IMG/VR virus record: IMGVR_UViG_3300028592_000008
Coordinates: 8,428 to 72,427 of that record
Strand: one strand, 5' to 3'
Source of the DNA: a virus
Length of the DNA stretch: 64,000 bases
Part shown: piece after piece, positions 28,061-37,701 of the stretch
Layout of the letters: every line of letters begins with the position of its first letter
How positions within the stretch are numbered: the stretch's first letter is position 1
Program-made: the position numbers and the translations under genes
The notes under the pieces: model-generated
Told to the model about the DNA's origin: nothing
What the model saw: only the letters and a program-made list of their open reading frames with translations
The model's database searches: none

Positions 28061-28416
28061 GCGACGGGTCGGCGAAGGAGTCGAGCGACGAGGGGACGGC
28101 GCCGTGCAAGGCCGGCGTTGCAACTCTCGATGTGGCCGGCGAACTGACCGGCACCCTCCTGAGCGGCGGCGGGACGACATACGGCGGCCTCTGCACGCCG
28201 GTCCCGCCGATCGGGTTCTTCCAGTTCCAGATCGGTATCGGCTGCGCGCTGGGGGAGTACAGCGGGACGTACGTCAAATACTCTCTTGGCGGTCCGGCAT
28301 CACCCCCCGAGAGCGGCAGCGTCGCCGTCACGATTGTCAGTGCTGACCCGATCTCCCTGATCTGCAGCTTCACGTCCCCCTCGCTGGGTGGCTTTGACTT
28401 CACGGTGCAAGAGTGA
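28057..28416 (+). CDS. Hypothetical protein
   Basis: GTGA-coupled at both ends. Confidence 0.6.
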   Translation: MSDGSAKESSDEGTAPCKAGVATLDVAGELTGTLLSGGGTTYGGLCTPVPPIGFFQFQIGIGCALGEYSGTYVKYSLGGPASPPESGSVAVTIVSADPISLICSFTSPSLGGFDFTVQE

Positions 28417-30626
28417 GGTACATCGAGGACGTCCTGGCCGGAGACTCCGATCTTCCCCCGGAAACGGTGGAGAAGTACCGCCGTTTCTACGAAGACTGGC
28501 AAAAGCGGGTCGGGGTGGACGTCGGGAACGGTCTGACGGAGGAGCAAGCGGCCGACCGCTGGCCGTGCGCCTTCCGGGTTCCGACCGACGAGATCGTTGT
28601 GTGCCAGCCATGCCAAGGGGCCCGGACGCACACGCTCTGCGACTGCCTGATGCTGAAGAAGAAATGCACGGTCAGAGCCTCCAGTCAGCGGGGCGTCCTG
28701 ACGTGCCTGACGTGTCAAGAAAGGGAGGGGCAGGTGACAGCTCCGATGGACGATGGCCGGTGGGTGGTGGGGGTGACAACGGCGCCGCGGCGCGGGTCGA
28801 CTCTGGGGCAGTGCCTCGCGTCGCTGGTGGCGGCGGGGTGGCGGCCGATCGTCTTCGCGGAACCCGGGACCGACGTCACGGCGGCGAAGCAACTCGGCCT
28901 GCAGGTCGTCCAGTGGAAGAAGCGGATGGGCTGCTGGGGGAACTGGACGGCGATGTCCCGGCACCTGATCGCGTCGTTCCCGGACGCCGAGATCGTCATG
29001 ACCGTCCAAGACGACACGATCTTCCACTTGGAGTCGAAGCGCTTCGCCGAGGCGAACGGGGTGTTCCCGGCGACGCCAGAGACGACCGGGTTCTTCAGTT
29101 TCTACACGGCGAAACACTACCAGTACCGCTACCACGTTGTCCGGCCTGACGGGTCAATGGTGCAGGACTACCCGAGCCTGCTCGCGGCGGACAAGGCGAT
29201 CAAGAATCCGAAGTACCCGGGCCGAAAGCTGAAGTGGGTCCAGAAGCCCCGCGGCGCGCACCAGATTGTCACCCGCGGGTTCTGGGGGGCGTGCGCGCTG
29301 GCTTTCCCGCGGGAGTCCCTTCGGCGGATCATCAATCACCGGATCGCGCTCGAGTGGCGCGGGGCGAACGGGAACCAGAGCGGGGCGGGGATCAAGAACT
29401 CCGACACGGCGATCGGTAAGATTTGTGACACGCTCAACCTGACGATGTGGGTCTGGCAGCCGTCCCTCGCCCAGCATGTCGCGAAGCACTCGACCCTGGG
29501 GCACGGGGACAACTCCGGCCGGCGGGCGGCGCAGATCGTCACGAAGGACCCCTGGAAGGACGGGATCCCGGATCAGCGGATGACGTGGGCCGACATGAAC
29601 GATCTCGACGTCCAGTGCGCGAGGCTGGCCGCGAGACTCCCGAAAGACATCCGCGCCGTGGCCGGCGTCCCGCGGTCCGGACTCCCGGCGGCGGCCCTGC
29701 TCGCGAAGCACCTGCATCTGCCGCTTATCACGATCGACGAGTGCATGGGGCGGACGCAGAACTCCTATCGACCGAAGGTCAGCCGGCCGATCCTGAATCC
29801 CGCGGAGGGGAAGGTTCTGATCGTCGACGACTCCATCGGGAAGGGGAAGACGTGGAAGGAACTCAAGCCGCTGATTAAGGTTCCGTTCTACACGGCGACG
29901 CCGTACTCCCGGGACCAGGGGATTCAGCACACTGACTTCGTCGGATGCGAGATCCAGAATCCTCAACTCTTTCACTGGCAATGGCTTAGCGTGAATTCGA
30001 CCAAGCTGTGCGCGTTCGACATGGACGGGGTGATCTGTGAGGACTGGACGGGTCCAGAGCAGGCACACGAGGTCGCGCGGGTCGCGTACGAGGACTTCCT
30101 GCGGAACGTGCTCCCCTTGCACCTGCCTCGGGTCCGGATCCAGGCGATCGTCACCGGCCGGCGGGAGCGGTATCGCGCCGAGACGGAGGAGTGGCTGTCG
30201 CGGCACGGCGTCGAGCATGGCGGCCTGCATATGCTGCCAGACGACTCCCGGCTCAATCACGCAGAATTCAAGGCCAGGACGCTGCAGCGGCTTACGGGGG
30301 TGGTATGCTTCGTGGAGTCCAGTTCGCGGCAAGCCGAGCACATTGCCCGGGTGACGGGGCGATCGGTCTTGTGCGTTGAGAACTGGCGGATGCTGAACGG
30401 CCTCGCGCCGAAACCCCATGCAGCGACTCAAGCCGGTCATCCTCGACCCAAGAATCAAAAGCCAGTTCCCGCCGCCCCCCGTGTGGTCGATGAAGGAGTT
30501 GTCGATGGCGGCCCCGTTCGTCCAGTCACTCTCGACGCGGCGGGTCTACCTCGAGATCGGGGGTTTTCGCGGCGGCACGCTGCTGCACGCGAGCCAGTGG
30601 GTGAAGCCCGGGGGGCTGCTGATTAG
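28413..30626 (+). CDS. Cys-rich + GT-A glycosyltransferase-like + phosphoribosyltransferase + HAD phosphatase fusion
   Basis: GT: TVQDD, FWGACAL, PSLAQH; PRT: AGVPRSG, VLIVDDSIGKGKT; HAD: AFDMDGVIC, IVTGR, FVESS. Confidence 0.8.
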   Translation: MRYIEDVLAGDSDLPPETVEKYRRFYEDWQKRVGVDVGNGLTEEQAADRWPCAFRVPTDEIVVCQPCQGARTHTLCDCLMLKKKCTVRASSQRGVLTCLTCQEREGQVTAPMDDGRWVVGVTTAPRRGSTLGQCLASLVAAGWRPIVFAEPGTDVTAAKQLGLQVVQWKKRMGCWGNWTAMSRHLIASFPDAEIVMTVQDDTIFHLESKRFAEANGVFPATPETTGFFSFYTAKHYQYRYHVVRPDGSMVQDYPSLLAADKAIKNPKYPGRKLKWVQKPRGAHQIVTRGFWGACALAFPRESLRRIINHRIALEWRGANGNQSGAGIKNSDTAIGKICDTLNLTMWVWQPSLAQHVAKHSTLGHGDNSGRRAAQIVTKDPWKDGIPDQRMTWADMNDLDVQCARLAARLPKDIRAVAGVPRSGLPAAALLAKHLHLPLITIDECMGRTQNSYRPKVSRPILNPAEGKVLIVDDSIGKGKTWKELKPLIKVPFYTATPYSRDQGIQHTDFVGCEIQNPQLFHWQWLSVNSTKLCAFDMDGVICEDWTGPEQAHEVARVAYEDFLRNVLPLHLPRVRIQAIVTGRRERYRAETEEWLSRHGVEHGGLHMLPDDSRLNHAEFKARTLQRLTGVVCFVESSSRQAEHIARVTGRSVLCVENWRMLNGLAPKPHAATQAGHPRPKNQKPVPAAPRVVDEGVVDGGPVRPVTLDAAGLPRDRGFSRRHAAAREPVGEARGAAD

Positions 30627-31044
30627 CATTGACGCCCCGGATGGCCCGGGCGGTGGCGGGGCCCGGGCGTGGGATGACCTGCAGGATTCGGCCAAGATCG
30701 TCCGAGATCGAGGGTTCCGGGTTCACGTCATCGAGGGGCTGTCGTCTTCGCCGGAAGTCATGGAACGGGTCCGGGATATCCTGGGAGAGCGGAAGATCAA
30801 CATCTTGGTGATCGACGGGGACCACGGCCCGGGGGCGGCCTATGCGGACTGGACCCGGTTCTCGCCGCTGCTCGATGGCTTGGGGATCTGGCACGACTGC
30901 GGGGTGCCGAACGGGCTCTACGATCTGTCGACCGAGTCGATTGAGTGCATGCGGTGGACTCGCGCGGGTTTCGACTGCGCGGCGGTCGGCCATTGCTTCG
31001 CCACCCTGCAGGATGACTTCGGAACCGGGCTGATCTGGTCCTGA
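30418..31044 (+). CDS. Class I SAM methyltransferase (Methyltransf_24-like)
   Basis: YLEIGGFRGGT, ISID, LVIDGDH, IWHD. Confidence 0.85.
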   Translation: MQRLKPVILDPRIKSQFPPPPVWSMKELSMAAPFVQSLSTRRVYLEIGGFRGGTLLHASQWVKPGGLLISIDAPDGPGGGGARAWDDLQDSAKIVRDRGFRVHVIEGLSSSPEVMERVRDILGERKINILVIDGDHGPGAAYADWTRFSPLLDGLGIWHDCGVPNGLYDLSTESIECMRWTRAGFDCAAVGHCFATLQDDFGTGLIWS

Positions 31045-31045
31045 G

Positions 31046-31061
31046 CGTTTCCCGGGAAACG
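31046..31061. repeat. 16-bp palindrome, copy 6 (intergenic)
   Basis: CGTTTCCCGGGAAACG exact. Confidence 0.95.
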
Positions 31062-31103
31062 ATTTGCCGGTAGCATGTCCCCCGGGTGACCGAGGAGACG
31101 GCG

Positions 31104-31436
31104 ATGCTTTTCCCGAAATTGTGGCTGGATTTCATCAGCGATCAGCTCGTGAATGCGAAGGCAGTTCGCATGTCCGGCTGCCGCGCCGCGCACGTCCATG
31201 TCCCGGCCTCGACGAGCGTTACGACGCTGACGTGGTACGGGTCACCGACGCGGGACGGGGCGTTCGCCGCGATCCAAGGATCGACCGGAACTGCCATCAC
31301 GTCGACGAACATCGACGGGACGGCCGGCTGCTATGCGGTCCCGGCGGAAGTCCTGGGGGTGCCGTGGGTCAAGGCCGTGGGCAACGCGGACGGGGACATC
31401 ACGCTCTCGGCGGACTACGATAGCGCGGACGTCTGA
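31104..31436 (+). CDS. Small structural-type hypothetical protein
   Basis: GAGGAG RBS; beta-rich. Confidence 0.6.
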   Translation: MLFPKLWLDFISDQLVNAKAVRMSGCRAAHVHVPASTSVTTLTWYGSPTRDGAFAAIQGSTGTAITSTNIDGTAGCYAVPAEVLGVPWVKAVGNADGDITLSADYDSADV

Positions 31437-31457
31437 ACTTTCGCGCGGGGGTAGGTC

Positions 31458-31829
31458 ATGAAGGTCCCGGTCATCCATTTCGATGTCTACGATGAAGCTC
31501 TGACGTGGGAGGAGTTCGAGCTCACGGACGAGGACACCGGGGACCCGATCCTGCTGACGAGCGACGGGACGTCTGGGGGCGTGGCCGACAAGGCGCGGGC
31601 TACCATCTTCGACCCGAACGGCGGCAACGTGCTGTGGACTGCTCAGTCCGACGACGTCAACGCCCAGATTTCGATCACCCCGCTCAGCGGGAAGATTCAG
31701 CTCATGCCGGACTTCAGCAGTGCCGGCCCGCAGTCCTGGCCGGATGGTGCCAAGATCAAGATTGACCGCTTGCGGAACGACGGGGCGGTGATCCCGTTCG
31801 CCCGCGGAACCGCAAAGCTCAATAAATGA
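31458..31829 (+). CDS. BppU-like tail fiber attachment domain protein
   Basis: DEDTGDPI...ARATI...ITPLSGKIQL; precedes fiber gene. Confidence 0.5.
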   Translation: MKVPVIHFDVYDEALTWEEFELTDEDTGDPILLTSDGTSGGVADKARATIFDPNGGNVLWTAQSDDVNAQISITPLSGKIQLMPDFSSAGPQSWPDGAKIKIDRLRNDGAVIPFARGTAKLNK

Positions 31830-34800
31830 CCAATCTGATCCAGCGGACGACGAACATCACGCTCCGGCAGAGCGGCCCGACCCGGCTGACGACTCGCCCG
31901 GTGTCGAACCGGGTGATGGGTCAAACCCGAATGCGGCTCGTCCAGAAGGCCCTCCAGACGCGGACGCTGTACGTCAACCAGGGGCTCCCCGGTCCGCAGG
32001 GCGTTGGGGTGCCGGTCGGCGGGACAACGGGGCAGGCGCTCGTGAAGGCGAGCGGCACCGATTACGACACCGAGTGGGCGACCGTCTCTGGAAGCGGGGA
32101 GGCGAACACCGCGTCGAACGTCGGGGCGGGGCAGGGGGTCTTCAAGGCGAAGTCTGGCGTCGATCTGCAGTTCTTCTCGCTCGCCGCCGCGGCGAACGAT
32201 GTGTCCGTCACGCTGGACGGGGACACAATCAAGATCGGCGTGGTGGAGTCGAATTTCGCGGGCATCCCGCAGTCTGCGGTGACGAACCTCACGACAGACC
32301 TGGCCGGGAAGGTGGACGAGAACCCGGCGATCACTGCGGCGACGAAGACGAAGATCACGTACGACGTCAAGGGGCTGGTGACCGGCGGGGCGGATGCGAC
32401 TACTGCGGACATCGCTCCTTCGACGGACCGGCAGTACCTCACGGACGCGCAGCAGACGGTCGTCCAGAACACCTCGGGGGTGAACACCGGGGACCAGAAC
32501 GCCTTCACGACGCTGGTCGTCGCGGGGCAGTCGAACGTGGTGGCGGATCAGCCCGGGGACACGCTGACGATCGCCGCGGGGACGAGCATTGCGATCACGA
32601 CCAATGCCGGAGCGGACACCGTCACGATCGCGGTGGACGGCCTCGACATCGGCTCCGATGTGCAGGCGTGGGACTCGACGCTGGACGCTCTCGCGGCGTT
32701 CAACACGAACGGGTTCATGGTGCAGACCGCGGCCGACACCTTCGGGGCCCGGACCATGACCGGCACCTCGAACCGGATCACCGTCACGAACGGGGACGGC
32801 ACCGTCGGGAATCCGACCTTCGACATCGCGGCGACGTATGTCGGGCAGAGCTCGATCACGACCTTGGGGACCGTGACGACGGGGACCTGGCAGGCGACGC
32901 AGGTCGGCATCCTCTACGGCGGCACGGGGGCGACGACGGCGAGCGGCGCGCGGACGAACCTCGGCCTGGGGAACTCGGCGACGCGGGACGTGGGGACCGG
33001 CTCCGGGGACGTGGCGGCCGGTGACCACACGCACACGTCGAGTGCGATCACCGACTTCAACTCGGCGGTTGATGCCAGGATCGCGGCCTCGACGCTGGCG
33101 ATCACGGACACGTTCGTCGTGGCGGATGAGACGGCCCGGCTCGCGCTGACGGATGCGGAGCGGGGGGACGTGGCGATCCAGACGGACGACGGGTCGTCGT
33201 GGATCCTCGGCGGGGCGAACGATCCGAGCGACCCGGCTGACTGGTTCCAGCTTGGGGTTCCCGGCTCGGCGCCGGTGACGTCGGTCAATGGGCAGACCGG
33301 GGCGGTCGTGCTGACGACGGCGGACGTGGCCGACAGCACGAATAAGCGGTACGTCACGGACGCGCACCTGACGATCCTCGGGGACACCTCCGGCACCAAC
33401 ACGGGGGACCAGAACACGTTCAGCACGATCGCCGTCTCGGGGCAGTCGAATGTCGTGGCCGACGCGACGACGGACACGCTGACGCTCGCGGCCGGGGCGA
33501 ACATCGCGATCACGACGAACGCCTCGACGGACACGGTCACCTTCGCCGTGACGGGGCTGACGATCGGCTCCGACGTGCAGGCCTTCGACGCGGATCTCTC
33601 GGCCCTGGCGGCGCTGACCGGGACGAACACGATCTACTACCGCTCAGGGGTCTCGACGTGGACCGCGGTGACGGTGGGGACCGGACTCGGCTTCAGCGGC
33701 GGGACGCTCTCGGCGACGGGCGTGTCGGTGACGGACGGCGACAAGGGGGATATCACGGTCTCCTCGACCGGGACCGTCTGGACGATCGACAACGGCGTGG
33801 TGACCTACGCCAAGATGCAGGCCACGTCGACGACGGACGTCCTGCTGGGGCGATCCAGCTCCGGCGGCGGGACGATTCAGGAGATCGCCTGCACCAGTTT
33901 CGCGCGGTCGATTCTGGACGACGTGGATGCGTCAGCAGTCCGGTCGACTTTGGGGCTCGTGATCGGGACCAACGTCCAGGCGTACGACGCGACGCTGGCG
34001 GCGCTGGCGGCCTACAACTCGAACGGGCTGGTCTGCCAGACGGCGGCGGACACCTTCACGTCCCGGACGATTACGGGGACGGCGAGCCGGATCTCGGTGA
34101 CGAACGGGGACGGGGTGAGCGGCCAGCCGACGATCGACATCCACTCCAGCTACGCCGGGCAGACGTCGATCACGACGCTCGGGACGGTGACGACCGGGTA
34201 TTGGGCAGGGACCGCGGTTGACGTGGCCTACGGCGGAACGGGCTCGAACACGCCGGCAGGGGCCCGGTCGGCCTTGCAGCTCGAGTATGGCGTTCACGTC
34301 ATGGCGTACGATGCCGGGCTGCAGGCGCTCGCCGGCAACACCCCGGCGGCGAACAAGCTCCCGTACTACACCGGCTCCACAACGTCGGCCATGACGGACT
34401 TCACCGCCGCGGGGCGGGCGCTGGTCGGGCTCGCGAACGCGGCGTTCCTGGTGTGCGGGCGGCTGACCCTCGAGAGCGGGGTTCCGGTCTCGACTTCCGA
34501 CCAGTCGGCGAAATCAACGATCTATTTCACCCCGGACGGCGGGGACGTGGTCTGCATCTATGACGGGACGCGGTTCGTCCCTCGAACCTTCGCTGAGCTC
34601 AGTCGTTCCATCTCCGGCCTGACCTCCGGCAAGAATTACGACGTCGTGGCGTACTGGTCGGGCTCCGCTGTCGTCATCGACCTGGCCCTCGCATGGACGA
34701 GCGATACCGCCCGGAACACCGCCTTCTCGCTGCTCAACGGGATCTGGGTCAACACGTCGAGTTTCACGACGGTCATGGGGAGCGTGTCGATCTCGGCGAA

Positions 34801-35272
34801 CCAGGCGACTCTCCTCGGGACCATTCGGACGACGGCAACGAATCAGACCGAGGACTCTCAGACGAAGCGGTTTGTGTCGAACTTGTGGCGCCCGGCGATT
34901 CGCCACTTCAACCGCACGGACGCTACGAACCACACCTACAGCTCGACGACCGTGCGCGGCTGGAACAACGCCAGCACGCATTGCCTGGAGTGGGTGACGT
35001 GCATTCCGCGGAACTCGGCCACCCTGACGCTGAACGCTGCCTTTAACGCGAGCGGCGCCGGGTCGCAGGGGGCGCGGGTCGGCGTTGGCAGCGTCACGAC
35101 GGCGCACATCCAGTGGCTCGACTGGAACAGCACAATCATCCCCGGGCTGGCGATCCCGTTGGTCGTCGCCCCGGCTGGTGGCTACAACATTTACTACGTG
35201 ACGGAATCTGCGACGGGGTCCGGGAACTCGAACTACTATTACTACACGTTCGGCGGGGGGGTCTGGAATTGA
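31826..35272 (+). CDS. Tail fiber protein
   Basis: 1148 aa, Thr/Gly/Ala rich; GGTTGQALVKAS, VTSVNGQTG, repeated VQAYD and SGxNTGDQ modules. Confidence 0.88.
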   Translation: MTNLIQRTTNITLRQSGPTRLTTRPVSNRVMGQTRMRLVQKALQTRTLYVNQGLPGPQGVGVPVGGTTGQALVKASGTDYDTEWATVSGSGEANTASNVGAGQGVFKAKSGVDLQFFSLAAAANDVSVTLDGDTIKIGVVESNFAGIPQSAVTNLTTDLAGKVDENPAITAATKTKITYDVKGLVTGGADATTADIAPSTDRQYLTDAQQTVVQNTSGVNTGDQNAFTTLVVAGQSNVVADQPGDTLTIAAGTSIAITTNAGADTVTIAVDGLDIGSDVQAWDSTLDALAAFNTNGFMVQTAADTFGARTMTGTSNRITVTNGDGTVGNPTFDIAATYVGQSSITTLGTVTTGTWQATQVGILYGGTGATTASGARTNLGLGNSATRDVGTGSGDVAAGDHTHTSSAITDFNSAVDARIAASTLAITDTFVVADETARLALTDAERGDVAIQTDDGSSWILGGANDPSDPADWFQLGVPGSAPVTSVNGQTGAVVLTTADVADSTNKRYVTDAHLTILGDTSGTNTGDQNTFSTIAVSGQSNVVADATTDTLTLAAGANIAITTNASTDTVTFAVTGLTIGSDVQAFDADLSALAALTGTNTIYYRSGVSTWTAVTVGTGLGFSGGTLSATGVSVTDGDKGDITVSSTGTVWTIDNGVVTYAKMQATSTTDVLLGRSSSGGGTIQEIACTSFARSILDDVDASAVRSTLGLVIGTNVQAYDATLAALAAYNSNGLVCQTAADTFTSRTITGTASRISVTNGDGVSGQPTIDIHSSYAGQTSITTLGTVTTGYWAGTAVDVAYGGTGSNTPAGARSALQLEYGVHVMAYDAGLQALAGNTPAANKLPYYTGSTTSAMTDFTAAGRALVGLANAAFLVCGRLTLESGVPVSTSDQSAKSTIYFTPDGGDVVCIYDGTRFVPRTFAELSRSISGLTSGKNYDVVAYWSGSAVVIDLALAWTSDTARNTAFSLLNGIWVNTSSFTTVMGSVSISANQATLLGTIRTTATNQTEDSQTKRFVSNLWRPAIRHFNRTDATNHTYSSTTVRGWNNASTHCLEWVTCIPRNSATLTLNAAFNASGAGSQGARVGVGSVTTAHIQWLDWNSTIIPGLAIPLVVAPAGGYNIYYVTESATGSGNSNYYYYTFGGGVWN

Positions 35273-35718
35273 TTCCGACGATCGAGGAGATGCTGCAGTG
35301 CCGGGGCAGTTTTGAGGATCTCAGCCGGCGGCTCGTCGCGGCGGGGGTGCCGTTTGTCGGCATGGCAAAGGACCGGATCGACTTCGCGGAGGGAGCCACT
35401 CCTGAGCAGCAGGCCGCGGGGAACGCGATCCTCGCCGCCTGGGACTGGAACGCTCCGCCCTGCCCGGAGTCGGTCTATATGTTCCAGTTGCGGAAAGCCA
35501 TGCGCGATACCCTGATGGTTGAGGGGGCTCCGCAGTACGGCTACACGCTCCCGGTGCTCGAGGCCTACATCGTGGAAGCGAACGACGAGGATCTGCGGGA
35601 CGACTTCGAGGCGGCCGAAGTGCGGCGGGATCATCAGACCGTTATCGGCCTGGCCCTGATGTTCGGCTGGAACGATGATCGGCTGGACGATCTGTTCCGT
35701 CTCGCGAAGACGAAGTAG
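35269..35718 (+). CDS. Tail fiber-associated protein
   Basis: C-terminal EVRRDH...LDDLFRLA motif typical of post-fiber genes. Confidence 0.65.
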   Translation: MIPTIEEMLQCRGSFEDLSRRLVAAGVPFVGMAKDRIDFAEGATPEQQAAGNAILAAWDWNAPPCPESVYMFQLRKAMRDTLMVEGAPQYGYTLPVLEAYIVEANDEDLRDDFEAAEVRRDHQTVIGLALMFGWNDDRLDDLFRLAKTK

Positions 35719-35720
35719 GC

Positions 35721-35748
35721 TTGATCTGTTCGGGCATGCGGTTAATAT
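35721..35748 (+). promoter_or_regulatory. Sigma70-like promoter for recombination module
   Basis: TTGATC-16 nt-TAATAT. Confidence 0.5.
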
Positions 35749-35783
35749 TTCGCCCGCTGGCTGGAACGGGACACGGGTGACAC

Positions 35784-36737
35784 ATGGACTCTTTTGGCGA
35801 CGAGCCGAATGTTTCCGGCGAAATGGTGAAGTGGGATCACGACACCTACAACGCCGACCGGACGCGGGTTCGATCAACGAGCATGAAGTGGCTGTCGACG
35901 GCGCAGGGGCCGCGGGCTTACTTCTGGAACGTCTTTCATCCGGAGTACGTCGAGTCCGGCCGGCTGTGTGACCGCAAGGTCGGGCCGATGCAGCTCGGGA
36001 CGATTTTCCACGACTTTCTCCTCGAGGGGAACCGGAACTGGCGGGTCCTGAAAAGCCGGCGGAATTCGCACGCCGCTCAGGACGAGATGAATGAGTTCCC
36101 GGACGTCTGGTTCATCAGCGAGCAGCAGCAGAAACAGATCCTCGGGATGCGGGACGGCGCGATGGCGAACGCCACCATCCGCCGGCTGATTGAGACTCCC
36201 CGGAAGAAGGTCGAGCAGACGGTCCTGTTCGACGGGCCGCACGGGATCGCCTCGAAGATCCGCCTCGACATCCTCTGCCGGGAGATGAACGAGGACATGG
36301 GCATCTGGGACCTGAAGACGTCCCTCGCCGAGAGTCGCGACAAGTTCGATCACGAGGTCCGGCGGCTCCGGTACTACCAGTCCGCGGCGCTGTATTCCTA
36401 CGGGCTCCGGACGGTCAAGGAGTGGAAGGATTGGGACCCGACCTTCCGGCACATCGTCGTCTCAAAGAAGTGGCCCTACTACTCTTACGCTTTTGACCTC
36501 GACTTCGAGACCTACATCAAGCCGGGGCTTGTGCAGGTCGCGATGGCGTACACGACGCTCGCCGAAATCTACTCCACCTGCAAGGAAAACGGGGTGGACC
36601 CGGCCTCGATGGAGGCGCTGCCGTTCTGGTACGACCGCGTGGAGCGGAATCAGGGGAACCCGCTGGTCGCCCCGCAGTGGTTCAAGCCGGATCTCTTCGA
36701 CCCGGATTCTGTGATTGGCGAGCCGGAGGATTACTGA
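35784..36737 (+). CDS. PD-(D/E)XK exonuclease (DUF3799/RecE-like)
   Basis: MQLGTIFH, KIRLD, IWDLKT, YYQSAALY; adjacent to RecT. Confidence 0.88.
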   Translation: MDSFGDEPNVSGEMVKWDHDTYNADRTRVRSTSMKWLSTAQGPRAYFWNVFHPEYVESGRLCDRKVGPMQLGTIFHDFLLEGNRNWRVLKSRRNSHAAQDEMNEFPDVWFISEQQQKQILGMRDGAMANATIRRLIETPRKKVEQTVLFDGPHGIASKIRLDILCREMNEDMGIWDLKTSLAESRDKFDHEVRRLRYYQSAALYSYGLRTVKEWKDWDPTFRHIVVSKKWPYYSYAFDLDFETYIKPGLVQVAMAYTTLAEIYSTCKENGVDPASMEALPFWYDRVERNQGNPLVAPQWFKPDLFDPDSVIGEPEDY

Positions 36738-36738
36738 G

Positions 36739-37701
36739 ATGGGTGAGATGATCGTCCTGCCGGCCGTAAAGCACTCGATGGCCGCGCAGTTCAAAACCGA
36801 CCTGATCCGGCTCGACCCGTTCGTACCGGAGCACATGCGGCAGGCTTTCTATCCGTCGTTTCTGGCCGAGGTCAACAACCTCAAGCCGAACGTCGACTAT
36901 CGCTCCGTCATGGTCGCGGCGATGAACTGCGCCGTCGTTGGCCTGGCCCCGGGCGCGGCGAGGGGGCACTGCTACTTAGTTCCGTTCTGGGACAAAGACA
37001 AGGAGGTCGCATGCGCTCAGCTCGTGATGGGCTACAAGGGGTGGATGGAGCTCGGGTATCGGTCGAACCATCTGGGTATCATCCACACGCCGCAAGTCGT
37101 TCTCGAGGGGGAGGAGTTCGAGCTCTGGAGCGACGAGAACGGCCACCACTTCCGGCATCGCCGTCCGCCGACGCGGAGGGACAAGGGGTCCCGGAGGAAT
37201 GTCGTCGGGGCGTACGTCGCCTATGGGACGACGAGCGGGCACAACTCGTACACCTACGTTGACCGCGGGGAACTGGACGAGGTCGACAGCCAGAAGAACG
37301 TCTGGAAGTCCGACTACATCGCCATGTGCATGAAGACCGCGATCCACCGGGCGGCGAAGACCTGGCGGACGACGTCGGAACTTTCGGCGGCGCATCGCTC
37401 GGACGAGACGATGGAGTACGCGAACGACGAGGTCGCTGCGGCGGCCGATGCGATCCTGACCACAGCCAAGGAGCAAAACCAAGGGGCCCGGGTGAAGGCG
37501 ATGTTCGAGGCCGAAATGCAGGCCATCACGCCGAAGCGGGAGAAGTGGGTCGACTTCTGCCGCTGGGTACTTGGCGACCCGACCGTTGACCGTCCACATC
37601 TTGACGATCCGTACTTCTGCCAGCGGGTCATGGATGAACTGGAGCAGCGCAAGGCTCCTCCAGAAGACTTGGCCCGGCAGAGCGGAGTGATGAGCGAATG
37701 A
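36739..37701 (+). CDS. recT: RecT-family ssDNA annealing protein
   Basis: GLAP, CYLVPF, QLVMGYKG, VVGAY, MCMKTAIHR motifs. Confidence 0.9.
   Translation: MGEMIVLPAVKHSMAAQFKTDLIRLDPFVPEHMRQAFYPSFLAEVNNLKPNVDYRSVMVAAMNCAVVGLAPGAARGHCYLVPFWDKDKEVACAQLVMGYKGWMELGYRSNHLGIIHTPQVVLEGEEFELWSDENGHHFRHRRPPTRRDKGSRRNVVGAYVAYGTTSGHNSYTYVDRGELDEVDSQKNVWKSDYIAMCMKTAIHRAAKTWRTTSELSAAHRSDETMEYANDEVAAAADAILTTAKEQNQGARVKAMFEAEMQAITPKREKWVDFCRWVLGDPTVDRPHLDDPYFCQRVMDELEQRKAPPEDLARQSGVMSE

Noticed and set aside
32470-34230. Internal repeats in the tail fiber (SGxNTGDQ, VQAYD, ITTLGTVTTG)
   Set aside because: Ordinary modular fiber shaft repeats
34900-35272. Asn/Tyr-rich tail fiber C-terminus as a DGR variable region
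   Set aside because: No reverse transcriptase or template repeat seen in the window
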